This document shows positions 19,242-28,411 of a stretch of 57,861 nt of DNA, piece after piece. The notes beneath the pieces are model-generated. The model had not been told where the DNA came from. It did not search any database and saw nothing but the letters and a program-made list of their open reading frames with translations. The stretch is from an uncultured Pseudomonadota bacterium (GTDB lineage Bacteria > Babelota > Babeliae > Babelales > UASB340): the NCBI GenBank assembly GCA_964453985.1, contig CAYVQB010000001.1:1-57861 (forward strand). The letters are read 5' to 3'. The position numbers and the translations under genes are program-made. The stretch's first letter is position 1; the number at the start of each line of letters is the position of its first letter.

Positions 19242-20132
19242 ATGAAAATAGGTTTAATAGGCCTTGGACGAATGGGACAAGCAATTGCTGATAGATTACT
19301 AAAGGATAAGCATGAAGTTATTGGCTATGATCCTGCAATACAAGAAGTCCCAGAAAACTTACGCTTAACACAAAACATAAAAGAAATCATTGATAATAAA
19401 CCAGATGCAATTTGGCTAATGGTACCCGCAGGTAAAATTGTCGACAATGTAATAGATGATTTATTAAAAAACAATTTACCTGAAAATAGCGTAATAATCG
19501 ATGGTGGAAACAGTTACTATAAAAATACAATTAAAAGACAGGATAAACTTAAAGCCCAAAATATTTATTATTTAGATTGTGGTACATCCGGTGGACTTTT
19601 GGGTAAAGAAATAGGTTTTTCTTTAATGATAGGTGGAGAAAAAAATATTTTTGAAAAATTAGAGCCTGTTTTTAAATCTATTGCAGCACCTAATGGTTAT
19701 GGATATATGGGACCATCTGGTTCTGGACATTATGTTAAGATGATTCACAACGGCATAGAATATTCTTTACTACAAGCCTATGCAGAAGGCTTTGATTTAC
19801 TAAAAAATAATACTCAATACAAAAAATTAGACCTAGAAAACATTACACGCGTTTGGCAACACGGCAGCGTTGTAAGGTCTTGGATCCTGGATCTTTCTCA
19901 TGATATTTTTGCGCAAGACCAAGAACTAAAAGAAATCTCTGGAGAAATTGGAGAAAACTTAACCGGACAATGGACAATACAAGAAAGCAAAGATCAAAAT
20001 ATTGCTATGGATCTTTTGGATAAATCTTTGCAAATTAGAGCCTGGTCAAGAGAAACCGGAGGCAATTACGCTACAAAGGTTATCGCTATGTTGCGCAACG
20101 CTTTCGGTGGACATAAGTTTGAAAAAAAATAG
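19242..20132 (+). CDS. gnd: 6-phosphogluconate dehydrogenase, short (YqeC/GndA-like) form
   Basis: Rossmann MKIGLIGLGRMG, GGNSYY, GxSGxGHYVKMIHNGIEY block. 296 aa. Starts one base after the zwf stop. Confidence 0.8.
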   Translation: MKIGLIGLGRMGQAIADRLLKDKHEVIGYDPAIQEVPENLRLTQNIKEIIDNKPDAIWLMVPAGKIVDNVIDDLLKNNLPENSVIIDGGNSYYKNTIKRQDKLKAQNIYYLDCGTSGGLLGKEIGFSLMIGGEKNIFEKLEPVFKSIAAPNGYGYMGPSGSGHYVKMIHNGIEYSLLQAYAEGFDLLKNNTQYKKLDLENITRVWQHGSVVRSWILDLSHDIFAQDQELKEISGEIGENLTGQWTIQESKDQNIAMDLLDKSLQIRAWSRETGGNYATKVIAMLRNAFGGHKFEKK

Positions 20133-20146
20133 TATGCTGGGATAAT

Positions 20147-20767
20147 ATGAAAATAATAGATATAAGCTGGCCAATAACAGAAAATATCACAGAATATAAA
20201 AATAAAAAAACAGTAAAATTTGAGCTCACAAAGACGTTCTCAGAGAATGGGGTCCGTGATTCAATAATAACTTTAGGCTCTCATACAGGGACACATGTTG
20301 ATGCTCCTGCCCACTTTCTGGATAATGGGGAAAGTATAAACCAAATAAAGTTAGAAAAGCTTATAGGTAAAGCAAAAGTTCTTGATCTAACAAGTATAAA
20401 AGAAAAAATAACGGAACAAGATTTAAAGCAATTTAATATAGAAAAAGATGATATCATTTTACTTAAAACAAAAAATAGCTTACTATCACCAATTCAAAAA
20501 TTTTATCCTGATTTTGTTTATTTAGATAAATCAGGTGCAAAGTTTTTGAAAGATAAAGAAGTAAAAGCTGTTGGGATTGATTATCTTGGCATAGAAAGAA
20601 ACCAACCAGAACATGAAACACATAAGCTTTTACTTGAAAGTGGAATTTATATAATTGAGGGGCTCCGGTTAAAAGATGCAATAGAGCAAGATTATAACTT
20701 TATCTGTTTACCAATATTTACAATCAACCTAGAAGCTGCACCTGCACGAACAATTTTAATGGAATAA
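20147..20767 (+). CDS. Cyclase-family metal hydrolase (kynurenine formamidase-like)
   Basis: HxGTHxDxPxH motif (GSHTGTHVDAPAHF) and about 205 aa, typical of the family. Confidence 0.75.
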   Translation: MKIIDISWPITENITEYKNKKTVKFELTKTFSENGVRDSIITLGSHTGTHVDAPAHFLDNGESINQIKLEKLIGKAKVLDLTSIKEKITEQDLKQFNIEKDDIILLKTKNSLLSPIQKFYPDFVYLDKSGAKFLKDKEVKAVGIDYLGIERNQPEHETHKLLLESGIYIIEGLRLKDAIEQDYNFICLPIFTINLEAAPARTILME

Positions 20768-20768
20768 C

Positions 20769-22334
20769 ATGAAGTATAGTATTTTTCTTAGACTTTTAAC
20801 TTTTTTTATCTTTTTAACAACAACCGGATATGGGGCCATAAATTTATCAAAATACCTTAAAGCCGATTTAACTAAATTTGAAGAACGAGAAAGCCTACTG
20901 AGTGATATTGAAAATTTACAAGCAACACAAAAAGACAAACTAACAATTACAATGTTCAACAGGTTTATATCTATATTAAGCAACATAGGATATGAAAAAG
21001 AACTGACAAGCCAAGAAAAAACTGAATTATTACACCATGTAAAGATCGTCCAAAAAAAGAATTTAATAAGCACAAACTATCTAAAAGAGATACAATCTAT
21101 AACTGAAAAACTTTTTAGTATTCCTAAAAAAGATTTTATTTTAAAACCAGAAACTCCAAAACCTCAACAACAGAAATATTCGGGTTATAGTACAAACTGG
21201 CAGAATAATGTCTCATTCACAAATGACCCCAGAGTGGTTTTTTTAAAAAATAAATTCAAAACCGATTGTACGAATAATTGGGATCAAATGATGAATTTTA
21301 CTAACAATAAAGAAGTAAAATCAAACCAAAGCCAAGAATATTATAATAAACTGATAAACGAAACAGATGAATTCTATAGAATAAAATCTGAAGAAATTCT
21401 GGGCACCAAATACCAGGTTGAAAAAAGGTTAAAAGAAATAGAAAGTGAACTAAAAAATACTTACTCCTACGAATACAGTAAGATCTCACAAGAGGCACTA
21501 TCAGTAAGTAGTGAAAACGCAAGATATTATACAAAGTGTCTCAATGGATATGCAACCTGGAAAAACACATTAATAAATAAGATAAGATCATGTTCCATGA
21601 AATCTACTTATAGTCAAAGAAAACAACAAGAGAAGGTTGCATCCCTTTTAAATGACCCAAGAATTATTGTTCTAAAGTTAAGTCTGAAAAGAAACTACGA
21701 AGAAAATCTACAATCCCTTAAAAACTTTCTAATAACCGAAGATATAAAATCCAACAAACCTACAGAATATTATCGAAATTTAACAAAAAAAGTTTTTAAT
21801 TTCTACGACACAAAGACCCAAGAATTTTACAATTTTCAACGTCAAGCCAAAAGAGACCTAGACAAAATAGAAACAGAAATAAAAAGAAAAAATCATTACA
21901 GTGGATGTATTAAAATATCACGAGAATCTCTACATATATCAAGAGAAATAAGTGACTATCAAGCTAAATATTTAGCAAAATCTCAAGAATATAGAGACTC
22001 AATAATCAGAACAATAAAGTTTTTCTCCGGTAACTCCAATAATCCTTCAGATAAAAAAAATAAAACTAATGTAGATAAAGATAGAACCCTTAGAATTATT
22101 GCCACGGCAGGCTTACTAGCAACTCCTGCTGTAATAATTTTAACCTACCTATACTGCAAGGCAAAACAAAAAGAATGCGACAATGACCTTGAGATTATAT
22201 CTAAACTAAAAAATCTTACAGAAGAAGAAATAGAAGAACTACACAAAGAACGACAATCTTTTAACCAAAAATACTTTCCTAATTGGCTTAAAGATATGCT
22301 TAACATGAGCCTTGACTGGTCATTTTACACGTAA
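20769..22334 (+). CDS. Hypothetical secreted, C-terminally membrane-anchored protein with an internal tandem duplication
   Basis: Signal peptide; two ~125-aa units both starting NDPR(V/I)(V/I); TM segment IIATAGLLATPAVIILTYLYC near the C-terminus. Confidence 0.6.
   Translation: MKYSIFLRLLTFFIFLTTTGYGAINLSKYLKADLTKFEERESLLSDIENLQATQKDKLTITMFNRFISILSNIGYEKELTSQEKTELLHHVKIVQKKNLISTNYLKEIQSITEKLFSIPKKDFILKPETPKPQQQKYSGYSTNWQNNVSFTNDPRVVFLKNKFKTDCTNNWDQMMNFTNNKEVKSNQSQEYYNKLINETDEFYRIKSEEILGTKYQVEKRLKEIESELKNTYSYEYSKISQEALSVSSENARYYTKCLNGYATWKNTLINKIRSCSMKSTYSQRKQQEKVASLLNDPRIIVLKLSLKRNYEENLQSLKNFLITEDIKSNKPTEYYRNLTKKVFNFYDTKTQEFYNFQRQAKRDLDKIETEIKRKNHYSGCIKISRESLHISREISDYQAKYLAKSQEYRDSIIRTIKFFSGNSNNPSDKKNKTNVDKDRTLRIIATAGLLATPAVIILTYLYCKAKQKECDNDLEIISKLKNLTEEEIEELHKERQSFNQKYFPNWLKDMLNMSLDWSFYT
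21222..22028 (+). repeat. Intragenic tandem duplication with 429-nt period; units 21222-21596 and 21651-22028
   Basis: Almost gap-free protein alignment of the two units: NDPRVVFLK/NDPRIIVLK, (E/D)(V/I)KSN..(Q/T)EYY, FY, KEIESELK/DKIETEIK, KISQEAL/KISRESL. Confidence 0.75.
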
Positions 22335-22342
22335 TAAAAAGC

Positions 22343-22712
22343 TTATTCACCCCATTCAGCAAAGAAATTATCTAAAAACTGTAACATAAAATCATGCCGC
22401 TTTTGTGCCATAGATTTAGCAGTTTTAGTGTGCATTAAATCTTTTAGTAATAATAGTTTTTCATAAAAGTGATTTATCGTATTACTTTTATTTTTTCTAT
22501 ACTCTTGCTTACTAGCATGTAAAACAGGTTTTATACCAGGTTCATAAAAAGAACGCTTTTTGAATCCACTATAAGAAAAAGCACGCGCCACACCAATTGC
22601 ACCCATGGCATCTAGCTTATCTGCGTCCTGAACAATCATGGCCAGACTCTTGACCAGAAAGAGTTTCTTTTACAAAACTAACTGTCTTTTGAATAACAGC
22701 TTCTTGTATCAT
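22343..22712 (-). pseudogene. HD-domain phosphohydrolase remnant (internal deletion plus frameshift)
   Basis: ATG 22712 gives MIQEAVIQKTVSFVKETLSGQESGHD then CSGRR-stop at 22617. A different frame from ATG 22639 gives IVQDADKLDAMGAIGVARAFSY..., the C-terminal HD-domain block. About 90 aa between the first HD motif and the DADKLD block are missing. Confidence 0.6.
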
Positions 22713-22714
22713 TA

Positions 22715-23164
22715 TTAGATCTCTTTAGAACTATCTAGAATTATTGTAACAGGACCATCGTTAACTAAACTAACCTGCATATAAGCACCAAATATGCCAT
22801 CACTAACTTTAGAGTAGTTTTGTTTTAATTTTTCTAAGAATTTATCATAAAAGAGTTTTGCCTCTTTGGGCGACATAGCCTTATCAAATGAAGGCCTGTT
22901 TCCCTTATTGCAATTGCCATAAAGGGTGAATTGTGAAACACAAAGGATCTCAAGACCTAAATCTTGCACACATTTATCCATAAAGCTTTTTTGGCTCTCA
23001 AAAATTCTAATATTTAAAATTTTTTTAATTATATAATCGATATCAGAATCCATATCGCCAGATCTTATACCGACTAAAACGAGCAGCCCCTTACTGATAC
23101 TTGAGACTAATTTGCCATCAACATCAACAGAGGCTGAATTCACTCTTTGGATAACAACTCTCAT
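22715..23164 (-). CDS. dtd: D-aminoacyl-tRNA deacylase
   Basis: MRVVIQRV start, SQFTLYG and NDGPVT(I) signature blocks; 149 aa. Confidence 0.9.
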   Translation of the reverse strand: MRVVIQRVNSASVDVDGKLVSSISKGLLVLVGIRSGDMDSDIDYIIKKILNIRIFESQKSFMDKCVQDLGLEILCVSQFTLYGNCNKGNRPSFDKAMSPKEAKLFYDKFLEKLKQNYSKVSDGIFGAYMQVSLVNDGPVTIILDSSKEI

Positions 23165-23181
23165 AAACTCCTTACAAAAAA

Positions 23182-23724
23182 TTATTTATCTTTTTTGTTT
23201 TCTTGATCTCTTTTTAAATAAAGTTCCATAACTTTTAAATTTGTTAGCTTTTGGTCAAAACCTAATTTCAACTGAGAAAAAGAAACTCTTAAATCTTTTC
23301 TTACCTTTTTAAAGAAACTTCTAGAATCTTTAATCTTCCATTTAATAACTTCTTCAAAATCATCAGGTTGAGATTTCAAGACTTTAATAGTCTTTGGATG
23401 TTCCTCAGAAATTATACCTTCAAAAAAATTATATTCACCAGCACATTTATTAATAGTATCGCTCAATAAATCATTATAATATTTGAAACCAGCTTCACTC
23501 TCTTTTTTATCTTCTTCAGACATATCATGGCCACTCAAAGTTGCCAACTTTTCTAAGCTATTGTTTAGTGCCGTTTTATACTCCAAAAAAGTTTTTCTTT
23601 TTTCATCCAGCTCCAACAATAATTGCTTATAATCCTTTGCCAATAGATTAATCTTAGCAACAAAACCCTTATCTATTTCTTTATAATCAATATCTTTTGT
23701 ATATTTGTTTATATCTGAATCCAT
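23182..23724 (-). CDS. Hypothetical coiled-coil protein
   Basis: Charged, heptad-rich 180-aa ORF. ATG at 23724. No recognisable domain. Confidence 0.45.
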   Translation of the reverse strand: MDSDINKYTKDIDYKEIDKGFVAKINLLAKDYKQLLLELDEKRKTFLEYKTALNNSLEKLATLSGHDMSEEDKKESEAGFKYYNDLLSDTINKCAGEYNFFEGIISEEHPKTIKVLKSQPDDFEEVIKWKIKDSRSFFKKVRKDLRVSFSQLKLGFDQKLTNLKVMELYLKRDQENKKDK

Positions 23725-24326
23725 CAATCAATCCAATCAATGTTAAAATAAAAAATGCTTTTTTAAACCCTAAAATAAAGAGTTTTAAGCTTAGAGCAAA
23801 AAAGTTTAAAAAACAATTTATTAAAATTTGGATTGACTTTATCAAAAACAAAAGAAAAACCCCAACAAATTTCTCATTAGAAAAATAAAACTTGTCAAAA
23901 ACATGCCCATATACTCCTGTGCCAAAACCTATTCCTATATTTAAATCTAAATTGATTACGTTTTTTAATTTTACTACAAATAGCAATGCTTACTTTAACG
24001 CTTTTCGCATAAAAACGCTTTAAAACCAAGGTTAAACCAAATTATTAACAAAGTTATCAACAAGATTGTTAGTAACTATGATATAAAATTCTGCAACAAA
24101 TCTACTAATCTATGTTTCAATAGATTGTATGAAATTGAAACAGTTTTTTTTAGTGCCTACCAGTCGGCTTAAATACACAATTAACATAATATTTAAAAAC
24201 GCGACACATAAAAAATAAAAAAAGGGGGTCACAAAAATTTCTATTTTGATAAATTATAGGAAAAACTATTATTTATATAGCATCTTGTTAACCTCAAAAA
24301 CATACTTAACAAAAAAGAAAGATAAT

Positions 24327-25718
24327 ATGATTCTAAAAAATCATCCCGTTGCATGTCACACAGACAACGTTGGACCAAACTCAACTTTTGTGGCTATTAA
24401 AGGATTTAATAGCGATGGAAACAAGTTTATAACAAAGGCTATTGAACAAGGCGCAACTCAAATAGTACTTACTAAAAACAGTTCTAATCAAAAACTTGAA
24501 AAACAATATCAAAATATAAAATTTATTTACACAAAAAACACACGAATAAAATTAGCGCAACTTTCTGCCAAAGCCTTAAATTATCCAGCAAATAAATTAA
24601 AAATAATCGGCATTACGGGAACAAAAGGTAAGACAACCACGAGTTACATCATCGAACATGTTTTGCGCAACTGTGGACTAAAAATAGCCCTTCTGGGATC
24701 AATCAAAAACAAGATCCTAACCACAGAAACACAAAGTAAGCTAACTTGTCCCGAAAGCAATTACTTACATATGTTTTTCGATGAATGTGTAAAGCAAAAT
24801 ATAGACTATGTTGTTATGGAAGTCAGCTCACATGCCTTAAGCCTTGATCGAACATATGGAATAAAATTTAATGCAGTAGGTTTTACTAATTTAGCACCAG
24901 AGCACATGGATTTTTACAAAGACATGCAAGAATATTTTCAGGCAAAATATCTTTTATTTGATCAAGCAAAAAAAGAGGGCGCTATAATTATTAACTCAGA
25001 TGATGCTTGGGGTAAAAAAGCTTTAAATAATTTAAAAAATAAAGATAACAATATCTTAGGCTTTGATAATAAAACTTTTTCTATAGAGCAAAATAATATA
25101 AATGGTTTAGAAATAAAAATTAAAAACAATGTAATTATTGCACCCAAACTTTTTGGACAATTTAATGCCTATAATTTAGTTATGTCATTCTTGATTTGTC
25201 AAAAACTTGGACTAAAAGATAATAAAATTATAGATGCTATAAAAACTTTTCCAGGAGTACCCGGTCGCCTACAAATTCATACACTCAAAAACAATGCTAA
25301 AGCTTTTGTTGATTATGCACATAATCCATCTTCTATGGAAGCTGTATTATCAGTATTAAGAACAATGACCAAAAATTTAATAGTTGTCTTTGGATGCGGT
25401 GGAGATAGAGATAAAACCAAAAGACCTGTGATGGGAAAAATATCCACACAATATGCTGATAAAATAATAATTACAGATGATAATCCAAGATCAGAAAATA
25501 GAGAAAATATTTTAAAAGATATTTTGGCTGGCATAGAAAAAAAAGATTTAAATAAAGTTACATGTTTATTAGATAGAAAAAAAGCAATTGCAAAAGCTGT
25601 CCAATTCTCTAACCCCAATTCTATTATTGCTCTTTTGGGCAAAGGGCATGAAGATTATTATTTAATAAATAATAAAAAATTCTATTTAGATGATTATAAA
25701 GAAATTGAAAAATATTAG
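24327..25718 (+). CDS. murE: UDP-N-acetylmuramoyl-L-alanyl-D-glutamate--2,6-diaminopimelate ligase
   Basis: GITGTKGKTTT P-loop, EVSSHAL, and DNPRSE near the C-terminus. ATG 24327 is preferred over the upstream TTG at 24246. Confidence 0.9.
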   Translation: MILKNHPVACHTDNVGPNSTFVAIKGFNSDGNKFITKAIEQGATQIVLTKNSSNQKLEKQYQNIKFIYTKNTRIKLAQLSAKALNYPANKLKIIGITGTKGKTTTSYIIEHVLRNCGLKIALLGSIKNKILTTETQSKLTCPESNYLHMFFDECVKQNIDYVVMEVSSHALSLDRTYGIKFNAVGFTNLAPEHMDFYKDMQEYFQAKYLLFDQAKKEGAIIINSDDAWGKKALNNLKNKDNNILGFDNKTFSIEQNNINGLEIKIKNNVIIAPKLFGQFNAYNLVMSFLICQKLGLKDNKIIDAIKTFPGVPGRLQIHTLKNNAKAFVDYAHNPSSMEAVLSVLRTMTKNLIVVFGCGGDRDKTKRPVMGKISTQYADKIIITDDNPRSENRENILKDILAGIEKKDLNKVTCLLDRKKAIAKAVQFSNPNSIIALLGKGHEDYYLINNKKFYLDDYKEIEKY

Positions 25719-25722
25719 AAAA

Positions 25723-25770
25723 GGGCACATCCAGCCGTCGCCAAGGCTATGGCGGACAGGTATATGCCCC
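25723..25770. terminator. GC-rich imperfect hairpin between the convergent murE and the membrane-protein gene
   Basis: GGGCACAT...CCGTCGCC-aaggctat-GGCGGACAGG...ATATGCCC. It is a GC island in an AT-rich intergenic gap of 58 bp. Confidence 0.55.
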
Positions 25771-25776
25771 TATTTA

Positions 25777-26403
25777 TCAGAAATTAAAATTGATATCTTT
25801 GTGGCTTTTTATTGAACTATAAACACTGTTAATAGATGTATCTATATTTTTTAATGTAATTCTGACTTCTTTTGCATCTTTTTTTGATACAAGCTTTAAA
25901 GAATAAAATCTTTTTGCAAACCACCAAGGCCCAAGACAAAACATGTAGTTGAAATTTGAATATAGATAAACTTTTCCAATTTTATCCCAAGAAAAAAAGC
26001 CTTTTGAATAGTGGGCGACTCCCTCACTACTTATAATTATCTCTGGATCACCTCTAAAAAATCTTACAATAGATTTAAAAAATATCACTATTGCAATTAA
26101 AGCGATAAAAACTTCCAATAAAATAGAAAGTAAAAACATGAAAATAAGCATTATTGAAGCAAAACCTGCCACTTCTTTTTTTTCTACTTCAGTAAGCTGT
26201 ATATCAAACTCTGGAGAAGCAATCTCTACTTTTGCTGTAACAGGGTGACCACTTATCTTATATGCCCAATCCTGCGGAGCAAACAAGAGATCAGGATCTA
26301 CAAAAAATGTACCTATAACCAAAGATAGTGTAAATAGAAATGGAAACATATAAGCAAAAAGTTTCCACTTATTTGAATAAACCTTTAATTCTCCGTTCAT
26401 CAA
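25777..26403 (-). CDS. Hypothetical membrane protein (2-3 TM segments, soluble C-terminal domain)
   Basis: Hydrophobic segments FAYMFPFLFTLSLVIGTFF and ASIMLIFMFLLSILLEVFIALIAIVIFF. No family was recognised. Confidence 0.5.
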   Translation of the reverse strand: MMNGELKVYSNKWKLFAYMFPFLFTLSLVIGTFFVDPDLLFAPQDWAYKISGHPVTAKVEIASPEFDIQLTEVEKKEVAGFASIMLIFMFLLSILLEVFIALIAIVIFFKSIVRFFRGDPEIIISSEGVAHYSKGFFSWDKIGKVYLYSNFNYMFCLGPWWFAKRFYSLKLVSKKDAKEVRITLKNIDTSINSVYSSIKSHKDINFNF

Positions 26404-26490
26404 CTCTCCTCCTAAATATTAGAAATAACATACAATCGAACTAGATATATTACTTTTATTAACAAATAATTAGGATTTTGTGCAATAAAA

Positions 26491-27351
26491 CTATTTAGAG
26501 GCAAGCAAAGCTTTTGGTTCAGCTAATTTAAGAAAATCTTTATCTTTAAATTTCAAAATCTCCCAGCCTTTCTTTTTAGCATGGGATTCTAATTGGGAAG
26601 TTGGGTTAACGGCAACAGCTTTGCCAACAACCTCAAGCAATGGAATATCAAGATGACTGCTAGCATAAAAAACTGCGTCTTTTAAATAACCCTTGAGTTC
26701 ATTTTCTACTAAATTTTTAACTTTATCATATTTAACTGTTCCAATACATGGCTCACCGACAAGTTTTCCAGAAACTTTATTGTCTTTAATTTCAAGCTCA
26801 GAGAAAAACATGTAATCAAATTTATATATATCTAATAAATCTGCATAAAGTTCTTGCATGCCAACCTCAACCAAAATCATTTTTGCACCATTATTTTTAA
26901 GCTTATCAAAAATATCTTTTGGTTCTCTATAAAGACAAGCCTTACACTCACTTTGCCAGATTTCAGAACAACCTTTTTTTAGCTCTTGAACAGAAGAATT
27001 TTTACAACAATCTAGAAAGGACTCGAATGCTTTTTTAGGATCAAAATTTCCAAACAAATAACTTGTTCCAAAATTTAAAAGCTTCCAATAATAACCAAGG
27101 GAAACACCTTTTTTCTTCTGATAAGCATATAATATATCATAGGTTCTTTTTTTCCATAAAGTACCGCTTACATCGAATATCGCATATTTGAAGTTATGTT
27201 CGACCTTTTGTAACGTTTCAACTTTTTTTTCATCATGTAAACGTCGTCTTGTTCTTTTGGACTTTGTCCAAACATTACCAATAAATAATATAGCTAAAAA
27301 CGCAAAAAGTAGTTTACTTTTATTGAAAAAATCAAACATAAATAAAGCCAA
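26491..27351 (-). CDS. HAD-IB (SerB-like) family protein with an N-terminal membrane anchor and a degenerate catalytic motif
   Basis: Motif I FDVSGTLW (DxS instead of DxD); motif IV region YASSHLDIPLLEVVGKAVAVNP versus the usual YSDSxNDLPLL...VAVNP. Confidence 0.6.
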   Translation of the reverse strand: MALFMFDFFNKSKLLFAFLAILFIGNVWTKSKRTRRRLHDEKKVETLQKVEHNFKYAIFDVSGTLWKKRTYDILYAYQKKKGVSLGYYWKLLNFGTSYLFGNFDPKKAFESFLDCCKNSSVQELKKGCSEIWQSECKACLYREPKDIFDKLKNNGAKMILVEVGMQELYADLLDIYKFDYMFFSELEIKDNKVSGKLVGEPCIGTVKYDKVKNLVENELKGYLKDAVFYASSHLDIPLLEVVGKAVAVNPTSQLESHAKKKGWEILKFKDKDFLKLAEPKALLASK

Positions 27352-27361
27352 TAATTTTAGA

Positions 27362-28399
27362 TTATTTTAATAAGGCATCCCTAAAGAAATCCAATTCTTC
27401 AAGAACTTTACCAGCACCTAAAACAACGCATAACAAAGGATCTTTTGCAACCTTTACAGGTAACCCCGTCTCCTTGGATATTAGCACATCTAGGTTCCTA
27501 AGCAAAGCACCGCCACCAGCCATCATTATACCTCTATCAACTAAATCAGAGGATAACTCTGGAGGTGCATTCTCTAGAGCTGAATGAACGGCATCAATAA
27601 TAATAGATATGGGTTCAGTCAAGGACTCAAAAACCTCTGAGTCAGATAAAGAAATAGTCTTAGGCACGCCTGTTATAAGATCTCTACCCTTGACATCTTC
27701 TTTGACTGATTCATCTGTTAGCATGGCCGTACCGATTTTCATCTTGATTTGTTCTGCTGTGCGTTCACCAATTAATAAATTATATTTACGTTTTACATAC
27801 TGAACAATGGCACGATCCATTTCATCACCACCAACACGTACAGATTTGCAATAGACAACATCTTTTAAAGATATTATAGCAACTTCTGTTGTGCCACCAC
27901 CGATATCAACAATCATGTTTCCTGCAGGCTCTTCTACTGGCAAACCTGCTCCAATTGCTGCAGCCATAGGCTCCATGATAGTATAAACTTCTCTTGAACC
28001 TGCCTGTTTTGCAGAATCTTCAACTGCACGTTTTTCGACTTGGGTTATACCTGATGGCACACCTACAATCATTCTAGGTCTTACTAAAGTTTTTCTATTA
28101 TCATGAACTTCTCTAATAAAATAGCGCAACATACTTTCTGTTAGTTGAAAGTTTGCAATAACGCCATCTCTCATTGGTCTACAGGCAATAATGCTTTCTG
28201 GAGTCTTACCCAACATGCTCTTAGCTTTATTTCCCGCAGCCAAAACTTCATTAGTCGAACGTTTAACGGCAACGACAGAAGGTTGGTCCAAAACAACACC
28301 TTGCTTGCGAACATAGATAACCGTATTCGCAGTCCCCAAATCGATAGCCAAATCATTAGAAAAAAAACTAAATAATTTTCTAGCAGGCCAAAACTTCAT
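27362..28399 (-). CDS. mreB: Rod-shape-determining actin homolog MreB
   Basis: DLGTANT, VDIGGGTTEVAI, GGGALLRNLD blocks; AAGGAG Shine-Dalgarno upstream. Confidence 0.95.
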   Translation of the reverse strand: MKFWPARKLFSFFSNDLAIDLGTANTVIYVRKQGVVLDQPSVVAVKRSTNEVLAAGNKAKSMLGKTPESIIACRPMRDGVIANFQLTESMLRYFIREVHDNRKTLVRPRMIVGVPSGITQVEKRAVEDSAKQAGSREVYTIMEPMAAAIGAGLPVEEPAGNMIVDIGGGTTEVAIISLKDVVYCKSVRVGGDEMDRAIVQYVKRKYNLLIGERTAEQIKMKIGTAMLTDESVKEDVKGRDLITGVPKTISLSDSEVFESLTEPISIIIDAVHSALENAPPELSSDLVDRGIMMAGGGALLRNLDVLISKETGLPVKVAKDPLLCVVLGAGKVLEELDFFRDALLK

Positions 28400-28411
28400 T
28401 TATTCTCCTTG

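Noticed and set aside
23687-23986. 99-aa minus-strand ORF upstream of the coiled-coil gene
   Set aside because: It overlaps the start of 23182-23724 by about 40 nt, has an extremely Phe/Leu/Ile/Lys-biased translation typical of AT-rich non-coding DNA, and lacks a convincing Shine-Dalgarno. A tiny membrane protein cannot be excluded.
24054-24062. Single TTATCAACA DnaA-box-like 9-mer in the 340-bp gap upstream of murE
   Set aside because: This is an isolated one-mismatch match, expected by chance in AT-rich DNA, and there is no cluster.
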